Both the position numbers and the translations under genes were made by a program. A stretch of 57,184 bases of DNA, the filler included, from Squatina squatina (Eukaryota), in the NCBI GenBank assembly GCA_031763465.1. It is 3 parts of 3 records of this genome, joined end to end, with 100 filler letters (N's around TTAATTAATTAA, not from the genome) between each part and the next. Parts side by side here need not be neighbours in the genome. Positions count along the whole stretch, not along the records: positions 1 to 25,749 come from JARFOE010000192.1; 2 more parts are not named here. One strand, written 5' to 3'. Positions 1 to 10,457 of the stretch are shown in pieces (the first letter of the stretch is position 1; each line of letters begins with the position of its first letter). Below the pieces are notes generated by a model that saw only the letters and a list, made by a program, of their open reading frames with translations, searched no databases and had not been told where the DNA came from.

Positions 1-272
1 CACAGTGCTGTTAGGGAGGGAGTTCCAGGGGTTTGACCCAGTGATAATGAAGGAACAGCGATAGACTTCCATGTCAGGATGGTGTTTGACTTGGAGGTGG
101 TGGTGTTCCCATGCGCCTGCTGCCCTTGTCCTAGGTAGATGTCGGAGGTTCGGGAGGTGATGTCGAAGAAGCCGTAGTGAGTTGCTGCAGTACATCATAT
201 ACATAGTGCACACTGTAGCCACGGTACGCTGGTGGTGGAGTGAGTGAATGTTGGTGGATGGGGTGCCAATCA
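1..272 (-). mobile_element. Decayed CR1/L2-group LINE, ORF2 C-terminal fragment
   Basis: Minus-strand translation gives LIGTPSTNIHSLHHQRTVATVCTMY...RTRAAGAWEHHHLQV followed by a WNSLP-like remnant, typical of CR1-group ORF2 C-termini; frameshifted. Confidence 0.55.
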
Positions 273-636
273 ACTTGTTTTTGGTGAATCTCATTTGCAC
301 GCATAAAGCGCTATGACGGACATTATATTGTTACTGATGAGTTCCAGTATTTGCGGTGCTGTGGCTTTTCTCCTCCCCAGTTGCTTTTTGTAGAAAATCT
401 TGCCCCTTTTATGAAATCTAATTTTTTTTTTTCTCCTAAACTGAACAAACAAGATATCAAGTAGTTACTGCTGGCTTCCAGCATTCATGTACATTAGTTG
501 CCATGGTTACCTCGAACCATTAGCTTTTTAAGAGGCTGCCAAATTGCAATAACGGTAACACATTAACTGTATTTAAGTGGGTGTAATTGATTGCATGCAG
601 GTTTTTATTGACCTCCCGCATGTTGTATCTCACCAG

Positions 637-761
637 GTATAGCTATCAAAGAGTCAGCCAAGGTAGGTGACCACGCACAACGAAGATTGGTGCGGGGAGT
701 GGATGACCTAGACTTTTATATAGGGGATGAAGCTGTAGATAAACCGACGTATGCCACAAAG
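637..761 (+). CDS. ACTR3B: Actin-related protein 3 (ACTR3B-like), internal exon (equivalent to exon 3)
   Basis: ccag|GT ATA GCT...ACA AAG|gtaatt; 125 bp; encodes (C)[41 protein letters not shown], clearly Arp3. The paralog call (3B vs 3) is less certain. Confidence 0.93.
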
Positions 762-2200
762 GTAATTTTAAAATTTTACCTTTCTTGCTGTCATTACATG
801 GCGGGAGACAAACTAAATATCCTGTTTTTAAGTTGCAAGACAAAAAGCTGCTAAAAAACCAATACAAATCTGATACAATGTCAGAAAAATCCTTGGTGTT
901 AATTTCTTTTCTCTGTGTGGTTTATGTCCATGATTGCAGCTGGTCTGAGGGAAGTGTGGCAAGCAATGATGAGCTATTTTCGCCACAGGGCTGATCATCT
1001 AAGCCTCTTTCACTTGTGTCCCGAGGCTAATTACAGAACATCATTTTAGAGATCATTTTAGGAGCACGAGTGCTGCCACAATGTGTGCCAAGAAAATATA
1101 GAGTGAGAAAGGTTACAAACAAATCCTGTTACAGGAATTCCATAAGTGAATATATTCTAATGAAACAAAAATGCACGTCTATCTGTTTAGGTACTCCTAC
1201 TTAATAGTTTCAGCCTACTAAATTTCCTAATGTTTTCATCTTGCTGATTTGTCGTTCCCACAGGGGCAAAGCCGAAATTATGGTAAAAGCCTAGGCTCGT
1301 ACGTATTGGAGAATGTCCTATGCCTTGCGTTGTCTCTCATTTCACCTGTGGCATCTACATGTCTCCCCCTTTCCCGTTGGGATCCTGAAATCTATAAGCA
1401 GATTAAATGCAGAAAGAATTCTGGTGGTTCAAAAACTCGAATGTGGTTTTAAATACTGGATGCTTGTAGTTGGAAGGTGGAAGTGCTGGAACATCGAAAC
1501 AAGTCTAGCCCTGATCAGACGATGTGACTTCACAAAACTCCTTTCCTATTTCATAGGTTGAGGAACCCTGGAAACTCTCCCAAACTGGCATACTGCTATT
1601 TCCAAATGCATAGCCTGCTGNNNNNNNNNNNNNNNNNNNNNNNNNNNNNNNNNNNNNNNNNNNNNNNNNNNNNNNNNNNNNNNNNNNNNNNNNNNNNNNN
1701 NNNNNNNNNNNNNNNNNNNNATCCACAGCTCACATGAAAAAGACGAATTATCGAGATTTAGTCAAAATACTCATAATAAACAGTATGCAATCTCTTGCAA
1801 AATAAATTTTTTTTTCTTTTTTGTCTGGGGTTGCAATTATTCCGGAGAGAAATCTGTAACATGTCTGTCAGATTTATATACTTCAATTGATTTCATTGAG
1901 TCGTCGCAAAGTACTTTCTACTGAGTTGTCCATAATCCTAATTCTGATAAAGATTGACGTAGGGCTGTTCGGCACCTCTGTTCCATGCTGTAGAGCTGCT
2001 GATTGCTTGCAGCTTGCAAGTGGGCATTTTGTGTATAAATTCACCTTTTGACAAGTGGAGAAAATCAAATCTATTGATAATCACCATCCCCAGTGAAGGA
2101 ATAGTGGGGAAAACTTCATGGCATCACAGTATTAAAAAAAATATCTCCTCCCAGGCTGCCTCTAATGAGCATTTCTGAAGCATACAGAAATTTCCGTTAC

Positions 2201-2526
2201 GCCTGTCTTTTGGATGAAATGTGAAACCAAGATCCCATCTACCTGTTCAGGTGGATGAAAAGATCCCGTGGCACTTTTTCCAAAGATGAGTAGGAAGTTG
2301 TCCTGTTGTCCTGGTCAACATTCATCCCTCAACCAATACTTCCAAAAAGAAATTAACTTGCCATTCACTTCAATGCTGTTTGTTAGACTTTGCCGTGTGT
2401 AAATTGTCTGATGCATTTGCCTGTAAGGCACTGGCTGCATTTCAAAAAATAATTTGTTTGTTGCAAAGTGCCTTAGGCCTTGCTGAGGATGTGAAAGGGG
2501 CAGTATAGATGCAAGCCTTTCTTTCA
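2201..2526 (+). mobile_element. SacSINE1/Deu-domain SINE, degenerate 5'-truncated copy
   Basis: caggtggatgaaaagatcccgtggcac...gtcctggtcaacattcatccctcaacc...gcagtatagatgcaagcctttctttc aligns by eye to the fuller copy at 52919-53378. Confidence 0.7.
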
Positions 2527-2713
2527 GCATTGTTGGACAATTCAGTACAAGGTACGTTCTCTTTAATGTAGTACTTTTAGAATTACAAAATAGAATGTGG
2601 CATAGTTATATTTTCTAGAAAGTTCCTAAAATACTACTCTAAGAAATGGGGAAAAATTGTATTGCATATATTATAACAATGTGCAATTTTTTAGGATTCA
2701 CTTTAAATTTCAG

Positions 2714-2821
2714 GCTGTGCTAGCATTAGCTGCTTCCTTGACCTCACGGCAGGTGGGAAAACGCACACTAACGGGCATAGTGATAGACAGTGGTGATGGA
2801 GTGACCCATTGTATTCCAGTG
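2714..2821 (+). CDS. ACTR3B: Arp3 (ACTR3B-like), internal exon (equivalent to exon 6)
   Basis: ttcag|GCT GTG...CCA GTG|gtgagt; 108 bp; [36 protein letters not shown] with the actin-family DSGDGVTH phosphate-2 motif. Confidence 0.95.
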
Positions 2822-3179
2822 GTGAGTATAACACTTGGACAAATAAAAATATTTATCATACCAGCTGTAAAAGGAAAAAAGGTTTGGTTCAGTTTGAGAT
2901 TTAGGCTGTATCTGACGCATGTTCCAACTGGGCAATTAAAGAGCTATAATATATTTTAAGGACTAAAGATCAGTGTGAAAACCTAATATCAATACAACAA
3001 ATTGCATAATTTTAGATGATACCAGGTGGTCACGGCTTTAGTTATAATGGAGAAACTGGAACTCTCATTAGAACAGGAANNNNNNNNNNNNNNNNNNNNN
3101 NNNNNNNNNNNNNNNNNNNNNNNNNNNNNNNNNNNNNNNNNNNNNNNNNNNNNNNNNNNNNNNNNNNNNNNNNNNNNNN

Positions 3180-3725
3180 CCCGCCCATCGCAGCTGGTTG
3201 AGCGTGACCAGTGCCTCGATGCTGGAGATGTTGGCCTGAGAGGACGCTGACGTTGGTGTGTTTATCCTGCCAGTGGATTTGCAGGATTTTGCACAGGCAG
3301 CATTGGTGGTATTTCTCCAGTGCTTTGAGGTGTCTGCTGTGAATTGTCCACGTCTCCGATGCATACAGGAGGATGGGTATCACTGCTGCCCTGTAGACCA
3401 TGAGCTATGACGGGTTTGAGGTCTTTGTCTTCAAACACTCTCTTCCTCAAGCGGCCGAAGGTTGTGCTGGCACACTGAAGGCGATGTTGGATTTTATCGT
3501 CTATGTCTGCCTTCGCTCAGAGGAGGCTCCCAAGGTATGGGAAGTGTTCCACATTGTCCAGGGGCTCACTGTGGATCTTGATTTTCGGGGGGCAGTATTG
3601 TACGCCTGGGGCAGGCTGGTGCAGGACCTTTGTCTTGTGATATTTAGTGTGAGGCCCATTCTCTCGTATGCCTGAGTGAATAAATCAATGATGGATTGTA
3701 GCTCAGCCTCCAAGTGTGCACACAC
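3180..3725 (-). mobile_element. RTE-clade (BovB-like) LINE RT fragment
   Basis: Minus ORFs give ELQSIIDLFTQAYERMGLTLNIT and VYRAAVIPILLYASETWTIHSRHLKALEKYHQCCLCKILQIHWQD, the LLYxSETW motif of RTE RTs; frameshifted. Confidence 0.85.
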
Positions 3726-3842
3726 ATACTGCAGCTCTGTGCTGTGCTACCCCTGTGAAAGAGCTATTCACTTTGCCATGGCACTTTTAGATTTTTCTAT
3801 TTCAAATAATTCATACAAATTAAAGTTCTTTCCTTTAAATAT

Positions 3843-4312
3843 AACATAAGAACATAAGAAATAGGAGCAGGAGTAGGCCATTCGGCCTCTCGAGTCTGCT
3901 CCACCATTTAACAAGATCATGGCTGATCTACCTCTGCCATTTTCCTGCACTATCCCATATCCCTTAATATCTAGAAATCTATCGATCTCTGCTTTGAATG
4001 TACTCGAGGACTGAGCCTCCACAACCCTCTGGGGCAGAGAATTCCAAAGATTCACTACCCTCTGAGTGAAAATTTCTCCTCATTTCAGTCCTAAATGGCA
4101 TACACCTTATTCTGAGACTGTGAACCCTGGTTCTAGACTCCCAAACCAGGGGAAACATCCTCCCTGCATCTACCCTGTAAGAATTTTGTATGTTTCAATG
4201 AGATCACCTCTCACTCTTCTAAACTCTAAAGAATACTGGCTGAATCTACTCCATCTCTCCTCAAAGGACAATCCCACCTTCCCAGGAATCAGTCTGGTGA
4301 ACCTTTGTTGTA
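3843..4312 (-). mobile_element. CR1 LINE 3' end
   Basis: VQQRFTRLIPG...RGDLIETYKIL and NLWNSLPQRVVEA...FKAEIDRFL, then a 3' UTR ending in the octamer tail (ttcttatg)2, seen on + as aacataagaacataagaa. Confidence 0.9.
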
Positions 4313-4531
4313 CATGATTCTGTGCACAAACAAAGCCTTTTATTGAAACTTCCAAGCATTTGGTCATTGAGCTAGAACCAAGATTAATCTTGCTCTTCGT
4401 CATAAGGCACTTTTACCTATGTCACGTCAGTCATAGCATATAGTCAGAATACCCAGATGTGATTGGTATCTCGTGTTTAATCTTTATTTTGTTCACACTT
4501 TCTGATATCAAATTTTGTATTTTTTTTGTAG

Positions 4532-4705
4532 GAGAGATACTGTTATATCTGCCCCGATATAGTTAAGGAATTCACTAAGTATGATACTGATCCTGGGAAA
4601 TGGATCAAGCCGTACATTGGTATCAATGCTATCAGTAAGCGACAATTTGCTGTAGATGTGGGCTATGAGAGGTTCCTGGGACCTGAAATTTTCTTCCATC
4701 CTGAG
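4532..4705 (+). CDS. ACTR3B: Arp3 (ACTR3B-like), internal exon (equivalent to exon 8)
   Basis: tttttgtag|GAG AGA TAC...CCT GAG|gtaatt; 174 bp; [69 protein letters not shown] is the ACTR3B-type sequence. Confidence 0.95.
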
Positions 4706-4854
4706 GTAATTGAAAAGTATCTACCATTGTTCAGATTTTGTTTTTTTTGAGGGTTGTGTACGTTGTTGATGATTCCATTACATATTTGACAGAAAAGTAG
4801 AAATCAAATTTTAGGCCATCTTCTTTCCTATGGTAGTAGCAAATCAAATGTCAC

Positions 4855-5085
4855 TATCTAAGTCCAATATCCAGGCCAAAGCTTTCTGTGTAACAGTGTG
4901 GATGCCTGCGAATTTCCTGTGAGGGCAGTGCTCAATGATGTGCTCCAGGGTGTGATTCGGAGCTCCACAGTTTCATGATGGGGATGCTTTAATCTTCCAT
5001 CAATGGAGAAGGTGGCAGCATCTACCATGATTGGTTCTGAGGCAGTTAATGGTTGTCCACTGTTTGCGAGGAAGGTTTGATCCTC
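4855..5085 (-). mobile_element. I-group (Ingi/Vingi-like) LINE 3' fragment with decayed CCHC knuckle
   Basis: Minus translation LPRKQWTTINCLRTNHGRCCHLLH*WKIKASPS*NCGAPNHTLEHIIEHCPHRKF resembles the NRLRTGHG...CxCG...H...CP C-terminus of Ingi/Vingi elements; two in-frame stops. Confidence 0.55.
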
Positions 5086-5219
5086 AGGTTGTACTGTGCT
5101 CTACTGACCTAGCAATATCATCATTCTGTGTGCTTTTCCGATCATCGCTTTACAATAACTGGAGATGGTAAATGTTGACCTGATCATTGTTCCCAGATCT
5201 CTTTGCGCTTTTGCCTTAG

Positions 5220-5675
5220 CTAATTCAATACCATCACTTTGTAAGGGTAGGTGGCCCATTTTCTTCTACCGTTTCATAGCTTGTACTTACTGAACTTAAT
5301 TGGTCATAGTTCTGCTCATTTCTGTAGTTTTTCAGCTGCTTCATCAGCCCCTTCGTCCCCAGAATGCCAGAACATTTAGGTAAATGAGAAACAGTAGCTC
5401 TCATCCCAAGCCCTGGGATACCTTACTGAGTACTTCCATCCACTCCACTCTGATATAGTTCATCGAATGAGTATGCATTGCCGTCTATATTTAAAATCAG
5501 TATCCCAGGGTTTACCCTGAATCCCTGCAGTTTGAACTTTCCAAATGGCCTTTCATGAGGGATTCTGATAAATTCACTGGAAATTTAATGACACTTTGTC
5601 ATACGGCATCCCCCAGTCCATTTGGAATGTTACTTCAGGGGTCAAAGAGATTGGTCAGGCATGATCTTCCCCATG
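5220..5675 (-). mobile_element. Old CR1 LINE RT fragment
   Basis: Minus strand shows remnants of GRSCLTNL, PHER and a QG...LLFLIYLN motif across frameshifts. Confidence 0.6.
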
Positions 5676-5857
5676 TTACCGACTGTATTATTATTATACA
5701 GATACTNNNNNNNNNNNNNNNNNNNNNNNNNNNNNNNNNNNNNNNNNNNNNNNNNNNNNNNNNNNNNNNNNNNNNNNNNNNNNNNNNNNNNNNNNNNNNN
5801 NNNNNNTATGTGGATCACAAATACACAAACCATGTAATAAGCATTAATTATAAAACT

Positions 5858-6015
5858 AGGATGGATGTGTTTAAAGGGAAGCTAGATAAGTACATGAGGG
5901 AGAAAGGAATAAAAGGATATGTTGGCATGAGATGAAGTAAGGTGGGAGGAGGCTCATGTGGAGCAGAAGCACCGGCACAGACCTGTTGGGCCGAATGGCC
6001 TGTTTTCGTGCTGTA
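5858..6015 (+). mobile_element. CR1 LINE 3' end fragment
   Basis: DVFKGKLDKYMREKGIKGY then 3' UTR ...gacctgttgggccgaatggcctgttttcgtgctgta. Confidence 0.75.
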
Positions 6016-6694
6016 TTAATGTTATTATGTAGTTCTGTGTACTATGTAACACAATGTATACTTGATTCTTTTTGCGCTGAAGTGAAAATAAAATTTAATC
6101 CTCATATCAGAATTGAAATATTCAGTCAGTTCATTATTATGGTTACAATTTCACTTTATAGTCAGGAAATTATATATGATGCCATATTTTTCTTAGTTTA
6201 TTAACACTGCAGTATTTTCTGGTTTAGTACATTTCAGGACTGCTGACAATACAGTGACAGCTTGTCATCGGACTGTGGTTCTGCCACTTTCTCAATAACT
6301 GTTGTGTTGGACTACTCCTTTGTTTTATAAAGTAATTTGACTTGAGAAGAGCAACAGCAGCCCAGTAAGTGAAGGACATTGCCTAATATGTACTTACTCT
6401 TCAGGAAAGGCTTTTATGTTAACTGTTTTCCCTATCTACTGTTTCAGGGTTGTGGTGCAAAAGCTAGGTGGCACTGCTGCACTATTGGTAAACTCCGTAA
6501 TAGAATAGTTTATCATTTACCAATTGTTTTGTTTTTTCTTTTTGCTAATATGGTTTAAATACAGTCATTTCAGTTGTACACTGTGTTCTCTTTATATACT
6601 TCGGTATGCCAGGGGCTTGAGAGGTTGTATGACGTGCAGCACATAAAAATAAAAGTTCTTCCATTTAAAAAAAAAAATTAAATATTTCTTGTAG

Positions 6695-6820
6695 AATATA
6701 GTTCTTTCTGGAGGTTCGACGATGTTTAGGGATTTTGGACGTCGTCTGCAAAGAGATCTAAAAAGAGTAGTGGATGCAAGATTGAAAATTAGTGAAGAAC
6801 TTAGCGCCGGTCGAATAAAG
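6695..6820 (+). CDS. ACTR3B: Arp3 (ACTR3B-like), internal exon (equivalent to exon 10)
   Basis: cttgtag|AAT ATA...ATA AAG|gtgagt; 126 bp; [46 protein letters not shown] and GRIK are ACTR3B-type. Confidence 0.95.
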
Positions 6821-6981
6821 GTGAGTTGACATCTAATCATATTGTTTACCTCTAACCAGTTTAGTTAATTTAGAAAATTCANNNNNNNNNNNNNNNNNNN
6901 NNNNNNNNNNNNNNNNNNNNNNNNNNNNNNNNNNNNNNNNNNNNNNNNNNNNNNNNNNNNNNNNNNNNNNNNNNNNNNNNN

Positions 6982-7063
6982 ATATGAAGGCCAACATACC
7001 ACTTGCCTTCTTAACCGCCTGCTGCACCTGCATGCTTACTTCCAGCGACTGGTGTACAAGGAC
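6982..7063 (-). mobile_element. CR1 RT fragment
   Basis: VLVHQSLEVSMQVQQAVKKASGMLAFI. Confidence 0.75.
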
Positions 7064-7161
7064 CACTCAGCTTTGTGTCATTTATCATGAATTTCTAGGC
7101 CTATAATGCTGGAATCAGGATTGGCACATAATCTAGGCTGGCATATTAGAGCAGTGCTAAG

Positions 7162-8173
7162 TAGGGTGACCAGACGTCCTGTATTTTCAGGAAACGTCCT
7201 GGTGTCCTAACCTTAAAATTGCTCAAATATCCAGGCTTTTTGTGCTCACTCAACTTGCGCAGTCCCAGCGGAGGCCTGGCTGCGCGTGCACAGACCCAGC
7301 GGAGACCTGACTGCGCATGCTCAGTCCCGGTGGAGAACAGACTGCGCATGCACAGTCCTGGCAGAGAACAGAGTGTGCATGCACAGTCCCGGTCGAGAAC
7401 GGACTGCGCATGCACAGTCCCGGCGGAGAACGGACTGCGCGTGCACATTTCCAGCAGAGACCTGACTGCGCATGCACAGACCCAGTGGAGACCTGACTGC
7501 GCATGCACAGTCCCGGCAGAGAACAGACTGTGCATGCGCAGTCCCTACAGAGAACAGACTGCACATGCACAGTCCCGGCGGTGAACAGACTGCGCATGCA
7601 CAGTCCCTGCAGAGAACAGACTGCGCATGCACAGTCCCGGCGGTGAACAGACTGCGCATGCACAGTCCTGGCAGAGAACTGACAGTGCATGCGCAGTCCC
7701 GGCGGTGAACAGGCTGCGCATGCACAGTCCCGGCGGAGAACGGACTACACATGCACAGTCCCGGCGGAGAACAGACTGCGCGTGCACAGGGCCGGTAGAG
7801 AACAGACTGCGCATGCACAGTCCCAGCAGAGAACGGACTGCGCATGCACAGTCCCGGCCGAGACCTGACTGCGCATGCACAGACCCAGCGGACACCTGAC
7901 TGCGCATGCTCAGTCCCAGTGGAGAACAGACTGCGCATGCACAGTCCCGGCAGAGAACAAATTGTGCATGCACAGTCCCTGCGGAAAACAGACTGCGAAT
8001 ACACAGTCCCGGCGGTGAACAGACTGCGCATACACAGTCCCGGCGGTGAACAGACTGCGCATGCACTGTCCCGGCGGAGAACAGACTGCACATGCACAGC
8101 CCCAGCGGAGACCTGACTGCGCGTGCACAGACTGATTGTCCCGGTTTGCCAATATTAAGATCTAGTCACCCTA
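7162..8173. mobile_element. Non-autonomous hAT (Blackjack/MER81-MER94-like) DNA transposon with internal minisatellite
   Basis: TIRs TAGGGTGACCAGA (7162) and TCTAGTCACCCTA (ends 8173); subterminal gtccc/gtcct motifs; flanking 8-mers gtgctaag/ttacgaag match 5/8 (possible decayed 8-bp TSD); no transposase. Confidence 0.8.
7253..8131. repeat. 31-bp minisatellite, about 28 copies, consensus GACTGCGCATGCACAGTCCCGGCGGAGAACA
   Basis: Period 31 read directly (units start at 7401 and 7432). Contiguous units with no spacers. The array explains the many overlapping repetitive ORFs here. Confidence 0.95.
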
Positions 8174-9196
8174 TTACGAAGGAGGTGCTGCATTGTTGGA
8201 GGAGCTGCATTTCAAACGATAGAAAGCTTGACCTTGAAATTAGTTGCACTTATACAGTGCCTTTCATGACCTCAGGACAACTCAAAGCACTCCATAGGCA
8301 ATGAAGTATTCTTGTAATGTAGGGGAATGCAGCAACTAATTCTATTGCATTAAATTATGTCCCTCTGTAGTGAGATGTTCAATGAGGGGCCTGCCTCTGC
8401 ATGATCAGGTGGCTATAAAGGATCCGCTAACACTATTTGTGGACAGGCCCAGAGTTCATTCAGTGTCCTGGGCTCATCCCTCAACTAACAGCATCAAAAC
8501 AGATTCAAAACATCGAAACAAGCCTTGGGTTTATTTCTAAAGGGATAGAATTNNNNNNNNNNNNNNNNNNNNNNNNNNNNNNNNNNNNNNNNNNNNNNNN
8601 NNNNNNNNNNNNNNNNNNNNNNNNNNNNNNNNNNNNNNNNNNNNNNNNNNNNCTTCTCTTCAAGGAGAGTAGACTTGATTGAAATGCTCATTATTGCTAA
8701 TAATTATCGAACCTGCATGTTCACGTGCCAAGTATTAAGTTAGGTTCTGAAATCCTTTATCAGCAATGATGAGATTTTACTGTTGGTTATCTGCAAACAC
8801 CAGGCCTATCAGTCTCACCAATTCCTTGTCATATACTTCTTGTTATTTCAGATAAAATCTTGGGTACATTGACCTAATACCTTCTCTCTAATCTGCCAAA
8901 GCAAAATACAAGAAAGGAACTTGTAAAATTTTTGCATTAGATTCTATCTGACACGCTGGGCCATCTTTTTCAACAAAGTAAATATTCCCACTTCATAGAC
9001 AACTTATCAGATTTTTCAGATCATTATCAAAATAATGAGTAGGAAATTTCACCTTTATCTTTGGCCAAATGCACCTTGTGGAATGACAGATATAGAAGAA
9101 AGACTTTCATTTATATAGCACCTTTAACAACCTCAGGAGGTCCCAAAGCGCTTTACAGCCAATGAAGTACTTTGGTAGTGTAGTCATTCTTGTACA

Positions 9197-9590
9197 GGGC
9201 TGGATTTTAACATCCAAAAACAAATGGGTTAGGGTCGGGTCAGAGGTTAAGAGTTTAAAAAAAAATCTCAAACCCCACTTCCGGGTTTAGCGGAGGTGGC
9301 ACAAGGGGCAGGCAGCCAACCCGCTCTCAGGAGGCAGGCTGGCAATTGAAGTGTTTTAATGGGGCTGGCAGCCTCTGATTTAATCTGCTTACAGTGGGTG
9401 ATCAGGGTTCCCAGACTTCGGGAAAGGCGAAGGCTGCTTCGGGGAGGAGGGAAGTGCCTCTACAGCGTTGCTTGTCGGTCAGGGGGAGCTGGAGTGCTTC
9501 CCTCCCGCCCCCGGTCCCCCAGGGGCAAAACCCACATGCACTCCACAACCACCCACCCGAAAATCCGCCCCCACCGCTCCCTGCCTCCAT
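9197..9590. mobile_element. GC-rich non-autonomous DNA-transposon-like repeat (possibly PIF/Harbinger-type terminus)
   Basis: Begins gggctggattttaac and shares atctcaaaccc/cccacttc/ccaacccgctc blocks with the copy at 12135-12400. Confidence 0.5.
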
Positions 9591-10140
9591 AATCTGTCCC
9601 GTGTTAATATCCAGGACAATGTATCCAATTTATTATTCTGAACCTGAAAAAGTGGATATAATAACTGTGACCTTTATGCTGCGAGCCCTACAAGCTTATG
9701 TGTGTGATTCGGCTAATTCATACAAAGGATAATGTGGCCGGGGTGTCGGCAAACTGTCAGCGCTCGCCGCCGTTCCAGCTTTGAAACTGACAGCAACTTC
9801 GGGATTCGGCACAGGCACATGGGGGAATCCCGATTTGAAGTCAGTCATTGACAGCTCCGAAACAGGCTGCCCTGTGCTCCCGTCCCCTCTTCACAGAGCG
9901 TAATCAGGCAAATCATTGAAACTGACATTGAAATTACCGCTGTAATTACGCTGTTAAATTCCCCACTAAAAGTTAGACACAAGGTGTAACTGGAGTTTTA
10001 ACAGTGTATTGACTGCTAAACAAAAGTTAAGGGCCTGGAANNNNNNNNNNNNNNNNNNNNNNNNNNNNNNNNNNNNNNNNNNNNNNNNNNNNNNNNNNNN
10101 NNNNNNNNNNNNNNNNNNNNNNNNNNNNNNNNNNNNNNNN

Positions 10141-10457
10141 TCCTCAGATAAGGAGACCAAAACTGCACACAATACTCCCAGGTTTCACCATGCAGTAAGA
10201 CATCCCTACTCCTGTACTCAAATCCTCTCGCAATGAAGGCCAACATAACATTTGCCTTCCTAACTGTTTTGCTGCACCTGCCTGTTTGCTTTCAGTGACC
10301 GGTGTACAACCACACCCAGGTCTCTTTGCACCTCCACATTTCCCAATCTATCACCATTCAGAAAATAAACTGCCTTTCTGTTTTTCCTACCAAAGTGGAT
10401 AACCTCACGTTTATCCACATTATACTGCATCTGCCATGTATTTGCCCACTCACTCAA
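10141..10457 (-). mobile_element. CR1 RT fragment
   Basis: LSEWANTWQMQYNVDKREVIHFGRKN...RDLGVVVHRSLK; MLAFIARGFEYRSRDVLL...EYCVQFWSPYLR. Confidence 0.9.

Noticed and set aside
7253-8131. CRISPR-like array of palindromic ~31-bp repeats
   Set aside because: Units are contiguous with no unique spacers, there are no cas genes, the context is vertebrate and the array is bounded by transposon TIRs.
7146-8152. Many overlapping ORFs up to 258 aa, Cys/His-rich
   Set aside because: They are translations of a stop-poor 31-bp tandem repeat in several frames; no domain and no splice context.
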